From Marsupella aquatica (Eukaryota > Plantae > Marchantiophyta): a stretch of 64,000 nt of DNA. Under the pieces are notes generated by a model, which saw nothing but the letters and a program-made list of their open reading frames with translations, made no database searches and was not told where the DNA came from. Position 1 is the first letter of the stretch. Each line of letters opens with the position of its first letter. The stretch lies in assembly GCA_973895155.1 (NCBI GenBank), contig OZ316898.1, forward strand, positions 4,885,079 to 4,949,078. Direction: 5' to 3'. Positions 1 through 13,561 of the stretch are shown here, piece by piece. The translations under genes and the position numbers were made by a program.

Positions 1-3000
1 TTTATGAAGTGGTTGTCATTCAAATTTGCACTGTCCAAAAAACATTAATCCTATCAAAGAGAAGGAATAAAGACTATATTATATTTAGTGTGCACCGAAA
101 AGGAATCAAGCACATTCCAACAAGAGGGGAATCAATTGGGACACATGAAAACAAACATACTTGCAAAATTCAATAGGTTTTTGGATGAAATAACAAGGGG
201 TTTGGGCCAAACTACTCTTGGCTGGGGTGGCATGGTTGTGGGATGCATAATTATATAAGGGGATGATCACATATGACAACATCTTTTACATAACATGTCC
301 TTGTGTAACGACATCTTTCACAACAAACTAAGGAATCTTTTGTTCAATGTCATTTTCACTCATCTGCCGACATCGTTTGCACAACACCATCTTTTCCGTA
401 AATTATAGCATGTGTTACTTATCAAAATATTTTAATTAATATCATTAGTTACATTAATCATAACTACTAATTTTATTCTCTCTCCAGTGACCTGTGTTAA
501 TAGCCTTGAGGACCCATTAATCTTTTTATCACTTTTAAAAATGATTCACCTTTTGAGTTCAACATATACTAGGTGTCCTTTAATTATGCTACAAGACAAA
601 ATAACAAATTATGCTCCAGGATAAGCCAGGAGAACAAGAAACAAGAAAAGGGCGAGTAAAATTTTATTGGTGGAAGCATTAAGTTTACTTTGTGAAGTAT
701 TGTTGCGGCTTCAAGTCTATAATGTATGGTCCGAACTCCTTGTTAGGAACTAAGCAACAGATCTTGCAGATTGGAACCCAAGAGAGGAACCCAGATTCCA
801 ACTAACTGTTTTGTTTGCTGTGCCCAGGCATACCTTCTACAACTACTATAATAAACAATGCCACGATTTTTTGTCCTTCGTCCTGTTATGAAATCCAGAA
901 TTGGCGGGAATCAAAATTGGCCGTTAGGTATTTAGAGGATTTTTCTATCCATTTGATTAGCACTTGCCCTCTCTGGTGAGGCCTCCCATGCTCGTGCCAT
1001 CATTATGAACCCCTCTCGCGATATACTCATACGGGCATCAATGCTCGCAATGCCTCATCAGCCCTCACGATGCCTTGCCCTGACACCATCCCTTGCCCTC
1101 CCCTTGGTCCCGATGCGCTCGCCGCCCCCCCCCCCCCCGCCCCCGCCCCGACCCCCGCCTTGCCTCGCCCTCCCCTCAGTCCCGATGCGCTTGCCCCTGC
1201 CTCTCGCCCCCCGGCCCGACTCCCTATGGACTGGGCTCCGTGCCTCGTGCAACGCACGGGCATAGAGCTTGTAATGCCATAATGCAAAGTGCAAAATAGT
1301 GTCTAACAACCCAACTGACAACAAGTACATTCAACTGCTTGTTGGCTGCAGGGTTGGCTGGTCAGGCTGTCAAGTTGCAGAAATTCCATCCTTTTATAAA
1401 AGGAGCAAGGTGATGTTGTGTTATATAATTTAGTGGAGGGGGGATCTAGTGACATGTGATGGTGTTGCGCACATATATTGATGCAAAAACCAGTGCAAAT
1501 CGGGTGGCAAATGGCTGTGTTTGTCGACTGCCAAAACTTGCAAATCTGACGGTTAGCATGGTTGAGAATAGTGGTTTGCCAATATAAGTTCAGGGACACT
1601 GATGACCACTATGACCTGCCCATCACTTGCAGCCTTGATCCCTATTGATTACTTTGGAGGACATGGCGTGAAAAGCGCGGCAGTTGGGGATAGTTATTCT
1701 TAATAACAATTTCTATTAATATACTTTCCTACCTTACTCTTGCATACATGGTTGTTTCTATATACGTTATGAATCTTTGCATACATCCCTGGATATAGGC
1801 TCATATTCTACCTGCGTCCAAAATATTGAAGATCCAACGTCAAGAAAACAAACACTGTAATACCGTATCTCGCCAAACAAAATCAGAAAAAATGTGAGAA
1901 AATCCCCGCCCTATATCATACCATTGTTTTTGGACACCGTCAAATCCATCCATACACCCATTCTATCTCAATTGCCTGCCTTAGTTGCCCTTGAATTTAG
2001 CCTGCCCACACCTGCTTGAGATGAATAATTCACTGAAATAAATCATTTGTAAATTATTTTAAATTGGATTTACAAAAATGAAAAAAACTTTGAAATATGG
2101 AAAAAAGCCCATGAATATAAACAGAACATAGTAATTTTTATTTCTTAAAAAAAAAATTAAATTAAAAAATAGACAAAACGACAAAACAAAACTTATTCAC
2201 TCCTTTCAACAGTAAGTTATGCTTGGACTTTGCAACATTATGGCTGCTATCTCGCGTCCCCACTCCCTCACATTTTTTCTGATACCCCAAACCAACAAAC
2301 ACTTCCACATGACCAAATGATAACATTTCTGCAAGAAGAACCACACAACCAAAATTCTACAATTGCAAACCGTGTTGCAAACATGACTGCATACATGACC
2401 AAATTGTAACAATAACATTACTTTGTCTCACTTGCACTTCTTTACCTTAACCTGATATTTTGTGTGCAACAAAAAAGAGGAGGGAGAGTGAATGCCAATT
2501 TGAATAAGTTACCCAATTTCAACAACAATTGTGTAACACACGCGCATTGACCATAGTTATGGTCATAACAACACCATGGCTGCAATGACAACATTACAAC
2601 AAGAACACATGAGATACCTCAACTTACTTAGCTCAAGACCTTGGCCATGAAGATTCTATGACCATAATGACAACAGTCACAACGACACATGTTATCATAC
2701 CTTAAGAACTTTCTTGTCTCACTTGCATTTCTCTACTTGTCTCAATTGACTCTACTTGACATCTCAGTTTGCCTTGCCTTGAGACCTTTGTCTCTTCTCA
2801 ACACCTTTTGTGCAATCCAAGGGCATTGGGCTAGATCTTCTATAGAATAGTACATAGCTGGCTATCTGGCTAAATTTTATATAGCCAGCTATCTACAATT
2901 TCAGCTTGAGTGGTAAGTGTAAGATTCTAGGATACATTACATGATTCTGTCCTACCTTGGGCTGTCTTTCAAAGGATCATTTTGACCTTAGGCGGGAAGG

Positions 3001-6000
3001 ACAATGTATGGATGTTTCTGCCATGTGCATTAAAAGGATGTGTCATATGGACAACTGACATTTGAACATGCATCATATGAAATACACTCTGGAAAAATAC
3101 ACCTAAGCATTACATAATTCCTATTTTTTTTAAACAAAAAATTAAAATTTATTGAGCCTGGATGGACCCAGGGGTTATTTGTTTTTCCCCTAATTTGCCC
3201 ATCTCAAGGACTGTGTAAAGTCATCAGGGAAAACAATGACCATTGCTTTTGGAAGGACACTTCCCTTTTGCTACAGTACATTTTCCACGCACCCTAACCA
3301 AGTGTGAACTGATGGCCTTTGGCAAACTTGGCAAATACATGGACAACTTTCAAATCTTTATTTAAACTCAACAGTTTCCAGCATGATCTTTGATCTCCAG
3401 TATTTTTCGCGCTTCACAAAGTTTGAGATTTGTCTAGTATCAATTGCTCTATTTCTGCCAAGCACAAAAATCGTCAACCATTATAAACCAACTGCAAACA
3501 GTTGTTCCACTTTTGTGAAGGACGGTTTGAGTAATTTGGGCATGAACTAACCACTTTTGGGAATGATACTTCAGTTTTGTGAAGGACGCCCAGAGTAATT
3601 TTGGGCATGGGGAGCGAATTTCAACCAGGTGATTTTATTGCAACCAGCTGCCAACTCTCAGCAACCCTTTACAGATCAGATTTCAATCGTAACTATAAAA
3701 GATACTGCCAGAGTTAGACATTTGTGTCAGTCCATCTAAGCTCTGGAAAAGTCTATCTGGGCTTCACAGCAAACCCCCCAAGTCCATGTGGGCTTTACTT
3801 TCAAAAATTAAACAACCTGATTTCACTTTATAGATCCTTCCAGCAAGATATGAATACCTATTTTGGATCCTAGGACCTGTTTCCTTTAGGTTCGGTAACT
3901 TGTGTGCAAGGTGCTAGGGAGTTTGGACCCCACAAAATCTGTACCCTAGTTGAGCTAAGCTTAGGTAAGGCCCTCTATTTCTCCAATAGTGCTCGGTCAC
4001 CAATAAGTGCTCAGTCATTGAATTCTTATGGTGATAATTATACTCAAAACATCTGGACACCCAAGTTTCCTTTGTGCATATTTCGTGGGATTATTTGTTG
4101 AATACAAAGCATCACATTGTGTTGATCCGTCGAGTGCTTTAATTTCAGATCGATCTGGCTATCTACATAAAGCTATGGAGAGTGGGAGGGTGACATCCAA
4201 GAAAGAATGATGCAATCTGTATAGTCATTAGTCAATGGCTAGGATTTAAAGACTGCAAAAATGAGAGTTATGGCAAAATGTACATGTCTGTTAACCACAT
4301 AGATCAATATATGGATAATTACTGTTGCCGGGTATGGCCTTAATTACTGTTTGGTCAATGAACACGGTGACTAATTTGGGGTAATTGTCGTCTTTTGGTA
4401 GGATAGTTAGTGTCAACTCGAAAATGTGTATGTTGTTTCTTCCACCAATTCAGGGAGAACAAAGTAATTCACTTTTTTATTGTCATTAAAAAATATTATT
4501 TAATTACTAATTTTAGTAACTTGGATCCACAGGGTTTTGCTTTGGGGACGGTGGCAGTTTAAGATGACATGCCTGCCCATTTTTCCTTCTTCAGTTGGCT
4601 TTCTTGAATGTTGCTCCTTCATTCTTAGGTTTTACAAAGCATCCACGTAACTATTTGCTTGGCAATGCATCAGAGCTAGTTGACAAAATCATACTTATTT
4701 TCATGCCTAATGTTTGGTTAGAGCAATCACTAAGCTAGCAAGAAGAAAGAAAGACAATTCAAGAAATTGCTGTATAACTAGATTTGACTATTTAGTCAAC
4801 ATGTTACTAAATGGGACAAGATGATAAAGGTGATCTCAGCATTTGGAATGTCTAAATGTTGGGGCTAATGAGAGTCAAAATCATATAATGCCTCTCGTTC
4901 TGCCATCAGTGCTTACATCCAGGTAATACATAATTTTGGTGCTCAGTTTAGAGAGAACATCAAGATGTTGTACCCTGTTAGGGTTTCCAAACCCTGCCAT
5001 ACATCTTGCATCAACGTCCTCCAACAGATTCAGTTTTGGTATCTACAAACCCAAATTCTAGTGTTTCTGCACAGGAAGGGCTCCCCATATCCACACTCTG
5101 ATGCCCATCCCTATTTGCAAACACAGTCTAAATTGTGTTAAAATTTGGTATTACTAAAGAAATAACAGCCCATGGTTCACTCTATGGTTTAGGTCATGAA
5201 AGGATCATGAATCTGCACATTATTATATCCAATCTTGCCCATTATGGCGGAGCATTTGTCTAGAAATTGTCACATGAGACAAAGAAATCCTGACCATTTG
5301 TTGGAAAATGTTTTTGTTCACCATTCCATCCGCCAAAAACATGTTCATGTTCACAGTCCCTGCCTCTCCAGGCATGTGTTCTCCACCTCACCTCCATGGC
5401 TGCCCATGAGTTCTCCACCTCGCCTCCCCCTTGCACTCTGCCTGACCCCGGTTTGAGCTGACATGTAGGTTTACGTGTCACCCGACACATAAACTCGTCA
5501 CATTATGGCTCCAAAAGGGGCCAAATGGCGCACACCATTCCCCGGCCGGTCCCAAATTCTCCTGAACCCCTTCCTGTGCCGGTCCCAGGCTCCCCTGCAA
5601 TTCCCCGGCTTAGCGAGCCGGTCCCCCAGTTTAGGGTCAGGCCTGGGCCCGGGCCAGGGATTAGGGTCCTGTCGGGGGTTGGGTCAGGTCGGGACCAGGT
5701 CTGGACCGGGCGGGGTGGGGACAGGGTGGGGACGGGGTCAGGACCGGGCAGGGTTGGGACCAGGCCCCTCATTTGCCTGTCAAGGCCAACCCGGGTGCCT
5801 GACCTTGCCATCCCCGCCTCACCATTGCTAATCATGCAATGGATGGGCTGGTTATAGTATAATTAAATATATAATTAAATTAAATTTGCATGGATAACTA
5901 AGAATTTGAAGTGTTACCCTAAAGTCCCGGTTGACAGTTTCTAGGCTACTGTATCACACACACTGCACAGTACACCACGCAGTGCCCTCCAATCGCGTTA

Positions 6001-6592
6001 CTAGAACCTAGGCCCCTCACCAAGTGTAAAAAGTAACTGTGGGCCTCACCATTGCAGCTTTTGGCTATGGGCCCCACAAAAGCAAATTTCGTGAAATTTC
6101 ATATGCACAGAAAAGTAACCTAGAAAATCTGTAAGTAGTATCATTCAAGCACATTTCAGTGTTTTATGAAATTCCATGGGTGCATGTCTGACAAGGTTTG
6201 CGTGCCATCGGAGTTCCATTTTTCCCTTTCGGCAGCCTATCCTTCTCAAGGGAAAGCTTTTCGGTCCTTTGATGTCGTTTCACACTATTTATGGTGGGCT
6301 GGGAACGGCTGGCTCGGATAGGGATAGGCTGGGTTCGTCACAAACGGATGGACACCCGGACGGACGGAAGCCTTGACAATGCCAGCTGTGAGCAAAAGTA
6401 ATTTCTCAGTCCCACAAAACGCGACACTATTTTGTCGTCTAGTTCCATTTATACCCAGGTAGTTTGGTTTCAGACGGTAAGAACTAAAAAGGTCGTCTCC
6501 GAACGGCTGGCTCGGCGTGGTAGGGCGAGCTGGGTCTGGTGGGGCCCGAGTCGGATGAGGTAGGCTCGGATGGCTATAGGCTCGTTTCAGTC

Positions 6593-6627
6593 ACGGACGG
6601 ACGGACGGACGGACGGACGGACGGACG
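6593..6627. repeat. (ACGG)n microsatellite upstream of the TPR gene leader
   Basis: Eight full ACGG units plus ACG, read directly. Confidence 0.95.
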
Positions 6628-8066
6628 CATTTCCATGGCAATGCAACAGAGCCAGCTGTAAACGAGAGCGAGCTACAGAAGTCGAGCATCGGAGTATCGG
6701 ACTCCATCGCCAAAGAATCGGCGATTCGCTCGCTCAGCACAGCGATCATCAGAGAGTACCTTGGAACCCACCTGGCGATGGGGAGCGGGAGCACTGGAGC
6801 AGGAGCAAGGAGCAAGGAGTCCTGTAATCCTGTTCCGGCGAAGACGAACCACATAGAAAGTGAACTGCACAGGAGTGTAGACCTGTAGGGAAAAGAGTTC
6901 AAACGAGAAGAAAACAAACAGTTCGTTGCTGTGACGGGATTTCCAAAAAAGCTCGGCCGTGGCCCGTGGGTGTTTTCCCGGCGCGATTCGCAGCTGACGA
7001 TTTCGGTAGGTATTCGGAGCGGGCAGATTCCTTCCGTTGGGGAGTTTCTTTTCTTGCTTTGCGTCGCAGCAGCAGTGAGTATGATCACGCTGAGCTGCAG
7101 CGCTGCTGTGCTGCGGGAGAGCTGTAGCCAGCTTAGTGATATGACTGAGGAGGCGGTGTGTGGTTGTTTGGATGTTTTCCCGGCCGAGTATTCGGCGAGA
7201 GAGTGATGATCGCTGGAAGTTGGGAGTTTCTTTCTTTACTTTTGTATTGGGCGAGCGAGCACTGGAGCGGATCATGATGCGGTGAGCAGAGAGGTGAAGT
7301 GAGGCGAGAGCTGAGATGAAGGAGTCCAGGAGCCGCTAATTCGGTATCCTGTTTCTGCCTCTCTGTCGTGCTCGTGAGTCGCTGGTGGCGTGGCGTTGGT
7401 GACGGTGCCTAAAAGAGCCCGTCTTCTTGAAGAGGCCGTTGCCGCTGGAAGTGCGTAGATGCGATTCTTCTTTCGATTTGACTTTCGTTGCTACTGCTGG
7501 ATTATTTCTGGATGATGATGACGCTCGTCAGCAGCAGGAGTTGAAAAAACCAACGAACCCATACCATAGCCCCGTGCCAGACGTGCTCGTCGTCCGCTCC
7601 CCTCCTTCGTTGTCTCTTCGCTTGCGACCTTGCGTCGTGCTAGAGGAGTTCGGTGCAGTTGCTCGACGATGTAGCTTGCTGACCTCGAGGGGTGGAGTAA
7701 CAATCTCATTGTGAACTTCTTGAGAGGCAGAGAGAGGGGACAGAGAGAGAGAGGAAGAGAGAGAGGGCGAGCCGGAGAAAGGAGGGTCCGGTAATTTTGC
7801 TGCGGTGGACGTTCGTTGATTGTTATTAGCTTGGAAGAAGTAATAGCCATTAAGGCGCCAAGGAAATATGTGGAGAAGGCTTGAACGGAATTTGTAGCTC
7901 GGTAAGGTTGCGTTTTGAGGGGGGTTTGATTTTTCCCCTGTTGCCTTCTCCTCCTCTTCCTGCTTCTTCTTCTGTTGGGTTTCGAGGAGTCGGGGTTTTC
8001 TCGATTGTCTTTGACGACGTTGTGATTTAGTAGGAGGGGAGGAGGAAGGGGGAGGGGGGGAGCACG

Positions 8067-11000
8067 ATGAGTGCTGGAGGGGATTCCGAGATTCCTCTCG
8101 ATGCGGAGCAAAGCGTGAGGAAACAGAAGGTGAATAAAATCTTCCAGCAGTTCGACGTCAATGGCGACGGGCGGCTCAACAGGCAGGAAATGGCAGCGCT
8201 GGTGATAGCTGTGAATCCTCGGGTCAAGTTCTCGGATGAGCAAATCAGCGCCATACTGGACGAGGTGTTCCGGACGTATGGAGACTACATCGACGGCGAC
8301 AAGGGACTGAGCTTAGACGGGCTAGTGAGAACTTACGACGATGGAGCAGGGGACGTGGACAGGGATTTTTTCGCCTTGGGTCTGGATTTGGAGGATGCAG
8401 AGGAGGAGCAGGACGGAGGATTAGGAGGGGAAGAGAATCCCGATGGGTCAGCTGAGGTAGAAGCAGGTGAAGCAGACGCAGAAGAACCAGAGGGTCAGAG
8501 GCAAGAGACAGCCTTGGAAGGTGCCCTTGCGCCGAGGGGATTAGTGTCCATAACGGACGAGGGGGCTAAATTCGTGAGGCGTAAAGAAAACGTTGGGGCT
8601 TGGGCTTCTTCCCCCAACAATGGGATTGTGTACGATGAAACGTGGAAGCTCATTGAGGATGTTGAGCTATTTCTCCGACGCCTGGATAACAAGATCGCAG
8701 GAAGGAGACAAGAGAGTCTGAATAAGACGGCGACAGGAGGAGTGGATGCAGGGGATTGGTCTAAGGAGTTAGGATTGTCCATGCCGAGGGAAAACCAACA
8801 GGGAGACCTAATTGGAAGGAAGCCAGAAGATCTTGGCTCGGATTATCCACATTTCAAAAGGAGTCTTGCAGAATTCAGAACTAGGGCAGACACCTTCCGT
8901 GCTCAGGGGGAGCTTCAAGCTTTTGATGCTCAAATGGCCTTGGGCAGGACCCTGTCGGACCACCGTTGGTACCCGGAAGCTCTGGTGTGTTTTCGTAAGG
9001 CCATTGAATTGAGGCCTGGTGATACGAGAGCGCACTTCCGAGCTGGAAATGCCCTCTACTCGTCTGGGAATGTGCAGGACGCAAGAGCAGCCTACGAGAA
9101 AGCTCTGGAAACCGCCCAAAATTCTGGGGAACATTCCAGCCTCCGCCCTCAGGTATAATATTACCACCCTATTTCCTACCGGTTTGAATGGGATCTCCTA
9201 AGGACACTTCTCTTTAAGTGTGAAGCTACTGTCTGTGCCTTCGTTAGCAGTTTCTGACCGGAAGACAGTTGTTTAGAATTTTCTCGAGGTTGTTAGAAGG
9301 CTACTGTCTGGTGAAAATTGGGTTCGAAAAACCCTCCCGCCTTGCTCGTTTTCCTTGGCCGTATTTCTTTGCTCCTTTCCAGATCATGCAATTTCGAATT
9401 CCACTTTGAGGTCGATGAACCGGTAGATGGCTCCATTTTGATATCAAGGTTGGCTTTTAATGTCTGAAACTCGGAAATAATCCCGTGGAAGATATTATAG
9501 TTGGTGGAGAATATTTTGAAGAGCGCCCAAAAGCTGACTTTTGTACTGTGGCGTCAGGCGGAAGTAAATCTCGGCATAGCTCTGGAAGGAGAAGGAATGT
9601 TGTTAGGAGCTTGTGATCATTACTATGAGGCGGCAATTCTGAACCCTACGCACCACCGTGCTCTGAAATTGCTGGGTTCTGCTCTCCTCGGTGTTGGAGA
9701 GTACCGAGCTGCAGAGAAAGCTTTGGAAGAAGCCATCCACTTGAAGGATGATTATGCAGATGCACACTGCGATCTTGGATCGGCTTTGGCTGCTCTGGGA
9801 GAGAATGAGCGAGCGACTACGGAGTTTCAAAGGGCCATAGACCTGAAACCAGATCATGTGGATGCACTTTACAATCTCGGCGGTCTTTTAAGAGACTCTG
9901 GAAAGTATTCCAATGCTGCATTGATGTACTCCAAGGTTTTAGAGCTTAGGCCAAGGGACTGGCGTGCTCAGCTTAACAGAGCTGTCTCTTTACTGGGAGC
10001 AGGCGACAGTGAGTCGGCCAGAAGGGCTCTGAAAGAAGCTTTCAAAGCAACGAATCGTGTGGAGGTCTATGATGCAATTATGCATCTGAAGCACGTGCAA
10101 AAGAAACCGAAAGGTTTGAATGCAGCCATCCAAACTGCACAAGATGGTCTCTTACAGGAAGCGAATGGCGGAGGCAGTCCGAGATCTGGGGACTACGCTG
10201 CCATTGAAATGAGTAAGTTTCATAGAGCCACATCGAGGACCAGTCCTAGACTTTGGTTGGGTTGTGCCTTGGACATAAGGCGATTTCAAAAGCACACTCG
10301 CTTAAATAAGTTCAACACCTCCTCACTGAAGGATGAAATTGACAACAATGCCAAAAGATCGGGGGACATTGGAGTGTCTGCAAATATGATCCGTAAGGCA
10401 GAGCTAGAAACCATTCTGCGCCGGCTGCTTCATTTTCTCAACCCGGAGGCTTTTCAGGCATCAATGAAGGCTATAAATGAGAAAATTCTGGGGGTTTTGG
10501 ACAGGAGCTTAACCGGCAGAGTAGATCTAGGTATGTTCTTGGCAACAATAGCCCCGTTATGCGCGAACCTGGTCCCTGAAAGGAGGAAACGGTTGGTGTT
10601 TCAAATACTCTCCTGGAGAAATCCTGTTTCAGAAGGTCAGATAGCAAAGACGGACGCGAAGACTTACATCAAGTTTCTACGCGCAATGTATCTTCCCACT
10701 CAGGGTGTCAGCGATATGTGGGAAATTCATGGCGACGACGATCAGGTAAAGATATCATTTCCAGAGTTTGTGGATATGTTCGATGACTTGGACTGGGGTT
10801 TCGGAATCCTGACTCTTCTCGCAAAACTGGAGGTCGGCGACCGTATCCGCCATCAAGGCAAAGCGTGTGCAGTTTGCTCATATCCGATTATAGGCTTCCG
10901 GTTCAAGGAAATTAATGCGAACTTTAATCTCTGTTCTACGTGCTATAGTGAAGGGAAGGTGCCCACATCTTTCAAACAAGATCAGTACAGCTTTAAGGAG

Positions 11001-11081
11001 TATGGGGCTGATACGTCAGACTCAATGAAAGAGAGATTCAAGCTCTTTGGCCTTAAAAGTTCTCCTGGGTCTCGGAAATAA
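8067..11081 (+). CDS. EF-hand + TPR-repeat + ZZ-type zinc finger protein (At1g05150-like), 2 exons, about 869 aa
   Basis: Exons 8067-9152 and 9558-11081; phase-0 intron with donor CAG|GTATAA and acceptor GTCAG|GCG joins LRPQ to AEVNLGIALEGEGM. N-terminal EF-hand FDVNGDGRLNRQE and VNPRVKFSDEQI; TPR array (ALKLLGSAL, DYADAHCDL, PDHVDALYNLGG, WRAQLNRA); C-terminal ZZ-like CAVCSYPIIGFRFKE..NLCSTCY. These match the plant At1g05150/At2g32450 family as I recall it. Confidence 0.92.
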
Positions 11082-12163
11082 CTTAATAGGTCACCCTTGA
11101 CATGTTTTTAAACAACGGTCTTAGAGTAGGCATGTAGGAATATTTGTATAGATCATAAAGAAATGTGATAAAGGTTGCTGCCTACCATGGTCATCACTTG
11201 TACCAATAGAACGGCACCCAGGCAGCAGCTATTTAGGATCGACTCGCTGGTTATAATAAGGGCTGTAGAGCAGTTTACCCGAGGGGTTTTTTTGTGTGTG
11301 TCATGCATATCTGATATTCATTCTATGAAACAAGTTGTAAGCTGAATTGCTAGCTTTGGACACGAAGCTCGTGCCATTTTTGAGCTCAATAACTACCGGA
11401 CTGGAGCTGTCATTGTGTTACAACTCGTGTTCTTGGAACCTGGAAACAAGCATCCTGGAAAAATGGCTCTTGGTCATTTGCTGTTGTCTTTGAACACACT
11501 TCGTAGAGGCAGAACCTCTGGTCACCTGTACATTTCTGGATTGTTCTTTCTAGGTAATGGACACGAACGGAACAAGGCCATTTGGGCAAATGAAGCACGC
11601 GTCGTTCTAGTCCTTTCGTCTCTCATGTTTGAACAATGCTTTACGCTTCTCCTGAATGTTGTTCCCAGACTAGTATTGACTTATTAGTATCCGTAGCTAC
11701 ATCTTTCTGTCGGGATGAGTTTTGGAATGTTGTAATCTAGTAGATTGTTGCCTCGACTTTCTCTTGGTGCATTGCCTAGTGGTGCCCTTACAATGGGGAC
11801 CACTAGGCAATGACGCCGTTCTGTGCTTCCTCTGAGTGTGCGTGTACCAACCAACATGAAATTGCATCATTCTGTGCCAGGATCTACTGTAAAGTCCAAT
11901 AAGTACACATGCGATTTCGCTGCGATGATCTGTACAGGCCCTTTGTGAATGTTCGCCCACTTGTCTGGAGATACCATTGCAACCAATTCCAGCTTCTGTC
12001 TGTCAAATGTTTCACCCCGATAGTAAGTACTTCCGCAAGGGTGCAGGTTCTCAGTGAGCCGATGAAGACTCTATTTGAGATGGTGTCTCAATTAGCTTGT
12101 AAGAATCTCACACTGCCTAATTGAGCCCTTTTTGGAAGCGGAACATTCTGGGAGAACTGCTCC

Positions 12164-12620
12164 TTGGTGCTACTCTGGTTACCATGTTGTTATGGAACAA
12201 AGGCATGTCCTTCCCCTTTGGTGCTACTCTGGTTACCATGTTGCTATGGAGTAATAGCATGTCCTTCCCCCAGGAATGATGTTCCAGACCTACGTTGGGT
12301 TGACCTGGTTTTTTCTCGGGCAGGTGTTCGTTCCTTTGGTGATGTGATGGTTGTTGATCCTATTGGTGGGAGTTACGATGTTGTGGCAGCCCATGTTCAT
12401 GGACATGCTGCCGCCAAGGCAGCTCGGCTCAAGGAGGAAACCTATGCGGTTCGTTACCCGAGGGATCTTTTCTACCTCTTTGCCCTTGAGGTCTTTGGTG
12501 CTTTCCATCCTTGTTTTGACCACTTCTTTTGGGCTTGTGTTGTGTTTTGTATTAAACAGGCTTTTTCCCCCTATTTCTATCCTCACGGCCTTCTTTCGAT
12601 AGAGGGTATCATCGATGAGC
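12164..12620 (+). mobile_element. Degenerate 3' remnant of a non-LTR retrotransposon with a restriction-like endonuclease (RLE; CRE/R2-type)
   Basis: Frameshifted translation gives SGYHVVMEQRHVLP..RWVDLVFSRAGVRSFGDVMVVDP..GHAAAKAARLKEETY..DLFYLFALEVFGAFH..ILTAFFR*RVS. This follows the motif order (D..DVxVxDP..GxAA..K..Y..FxPxAxExFG) of RLE C-terminal domains. Contains an internal 54-bp tandem duplication (12164-12271) and is followed by C-runs near 12650-12670. Confidence 0.72.
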
Positions 12621-13099
12621 CTCTTTGGTCTTCTTGGGGTCTTTTCCTCCCCCCCCCCCTCCCCCCCCCCTTTATTGGGTTCTTTTGCCTTTGGGACCAT
12701 GTTTCCCGGTTTGATGTTCCTGTCTTTTTGGCACTGTGATATATTGAATACTGACGAACATAGTGTAGCTCCTTCACTGGAGAATCCAACAACCTTGAGA
12801 GAATAGGCTAGGTTGCTACTTTTAGAGAGGCTAAGGGAGGAAATCACTTATCACCCTGCCTTCGTATTGTGATAAGCTCCAAACCACTCTAGACGGGTTT
12901 AATTTGGTATCTGTCTCAGGCAATTGTAATACTTGGAGGAATTATATCCAAAAATACAAAAATATTTCCAGAGGTTTGCCTGGCCTGCAAGCTCATTGGC
13001 TATGTTTCGGGTTTAATGTGTTATGTGCCACTGGCACTTGTAGTAGTTCTAGGAATTATATAAAACAATATAAAGATATTGTGAGCTGCCTGTCAACGG

Positions 13100-13385
13100 A
13101 GTCCATTGAGTTTCACAAATATCTTAAAAGCAAGGGAGAGGAAGCTATCTTATGATGCTCATGCTGCATATTTCTACAAAGATCTTAATAGCAAGGGAGA
13201 GGAAGCTATCTTATGATACTCATACTGCATATTTCACCTCTTTGGTAATTGCAGTCTGTATCGCTGCTGCCCTGCTTGTGCCACTATTAACCTGATGATG
13301 GTTTGTCACAAAGGGTTGACCACCACAACATCAACCAAGGTTTGCCTGCCATTTTATACCATGGTGAGATCAAAACATAATCTTT
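13100..13385 (-). mobile_element. Second, more decayed RLE-type non-LTR retrotransposon remnant, tail-to-tail with the first
   Basis: Minus-strand translation with stops and one frameshift: FDLTMV*NGRQTLVDVVVVNPL*..AG/AAIQTAITKEVKYAV*VS*DSFLSLAIKIF, the same motif order as the 12164 remnant. Contains a 61-bp tandem duplication (about 13113-13234). Not in the ORF track. Confidence 0.62.
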
Positions 13386-13561
13386 GTGATAGAATTACCA
13401 GACAATTTGCAGACCACCCCCCACTGCATATGTACCAAAGTCCCAGAGAGAAATTGAGCACTAACTGGATTTTATGTGGAGGTCCACATTTTCCTTGCTT
13501 CTTGTTCCCTTCCATATCCCTTTATTGTGCTTTAGGTACACCATTGTGGATGGCAACAGTT

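Noticed and set aside
1005-1330. Overlapping Pro-rich and Gly-rich ORFs
   Set aside because: Artefacts of a C-rich low-complexity tract open in many frames; no splice or family support.
5503-5857. Three ORFs of about 110 aa
   Set aside because: GC-rich repeat with few stop codons; low-complexity G/P/R translation.
6409-6453. GTCCCACA followed by TTTATA, resembling a plant snRNA USE-TATA promoter
   Set aside because: The USE match is partial and no recognisable snRNA, SRP, MRP or telomerase RNA sequence follows.
6591-8254. Minus-strand ORFs of 165-250 aa
   Set aside because: Antisense shadows of the purine-rich leader and first exon of the TPR gene; no recognisable domain.
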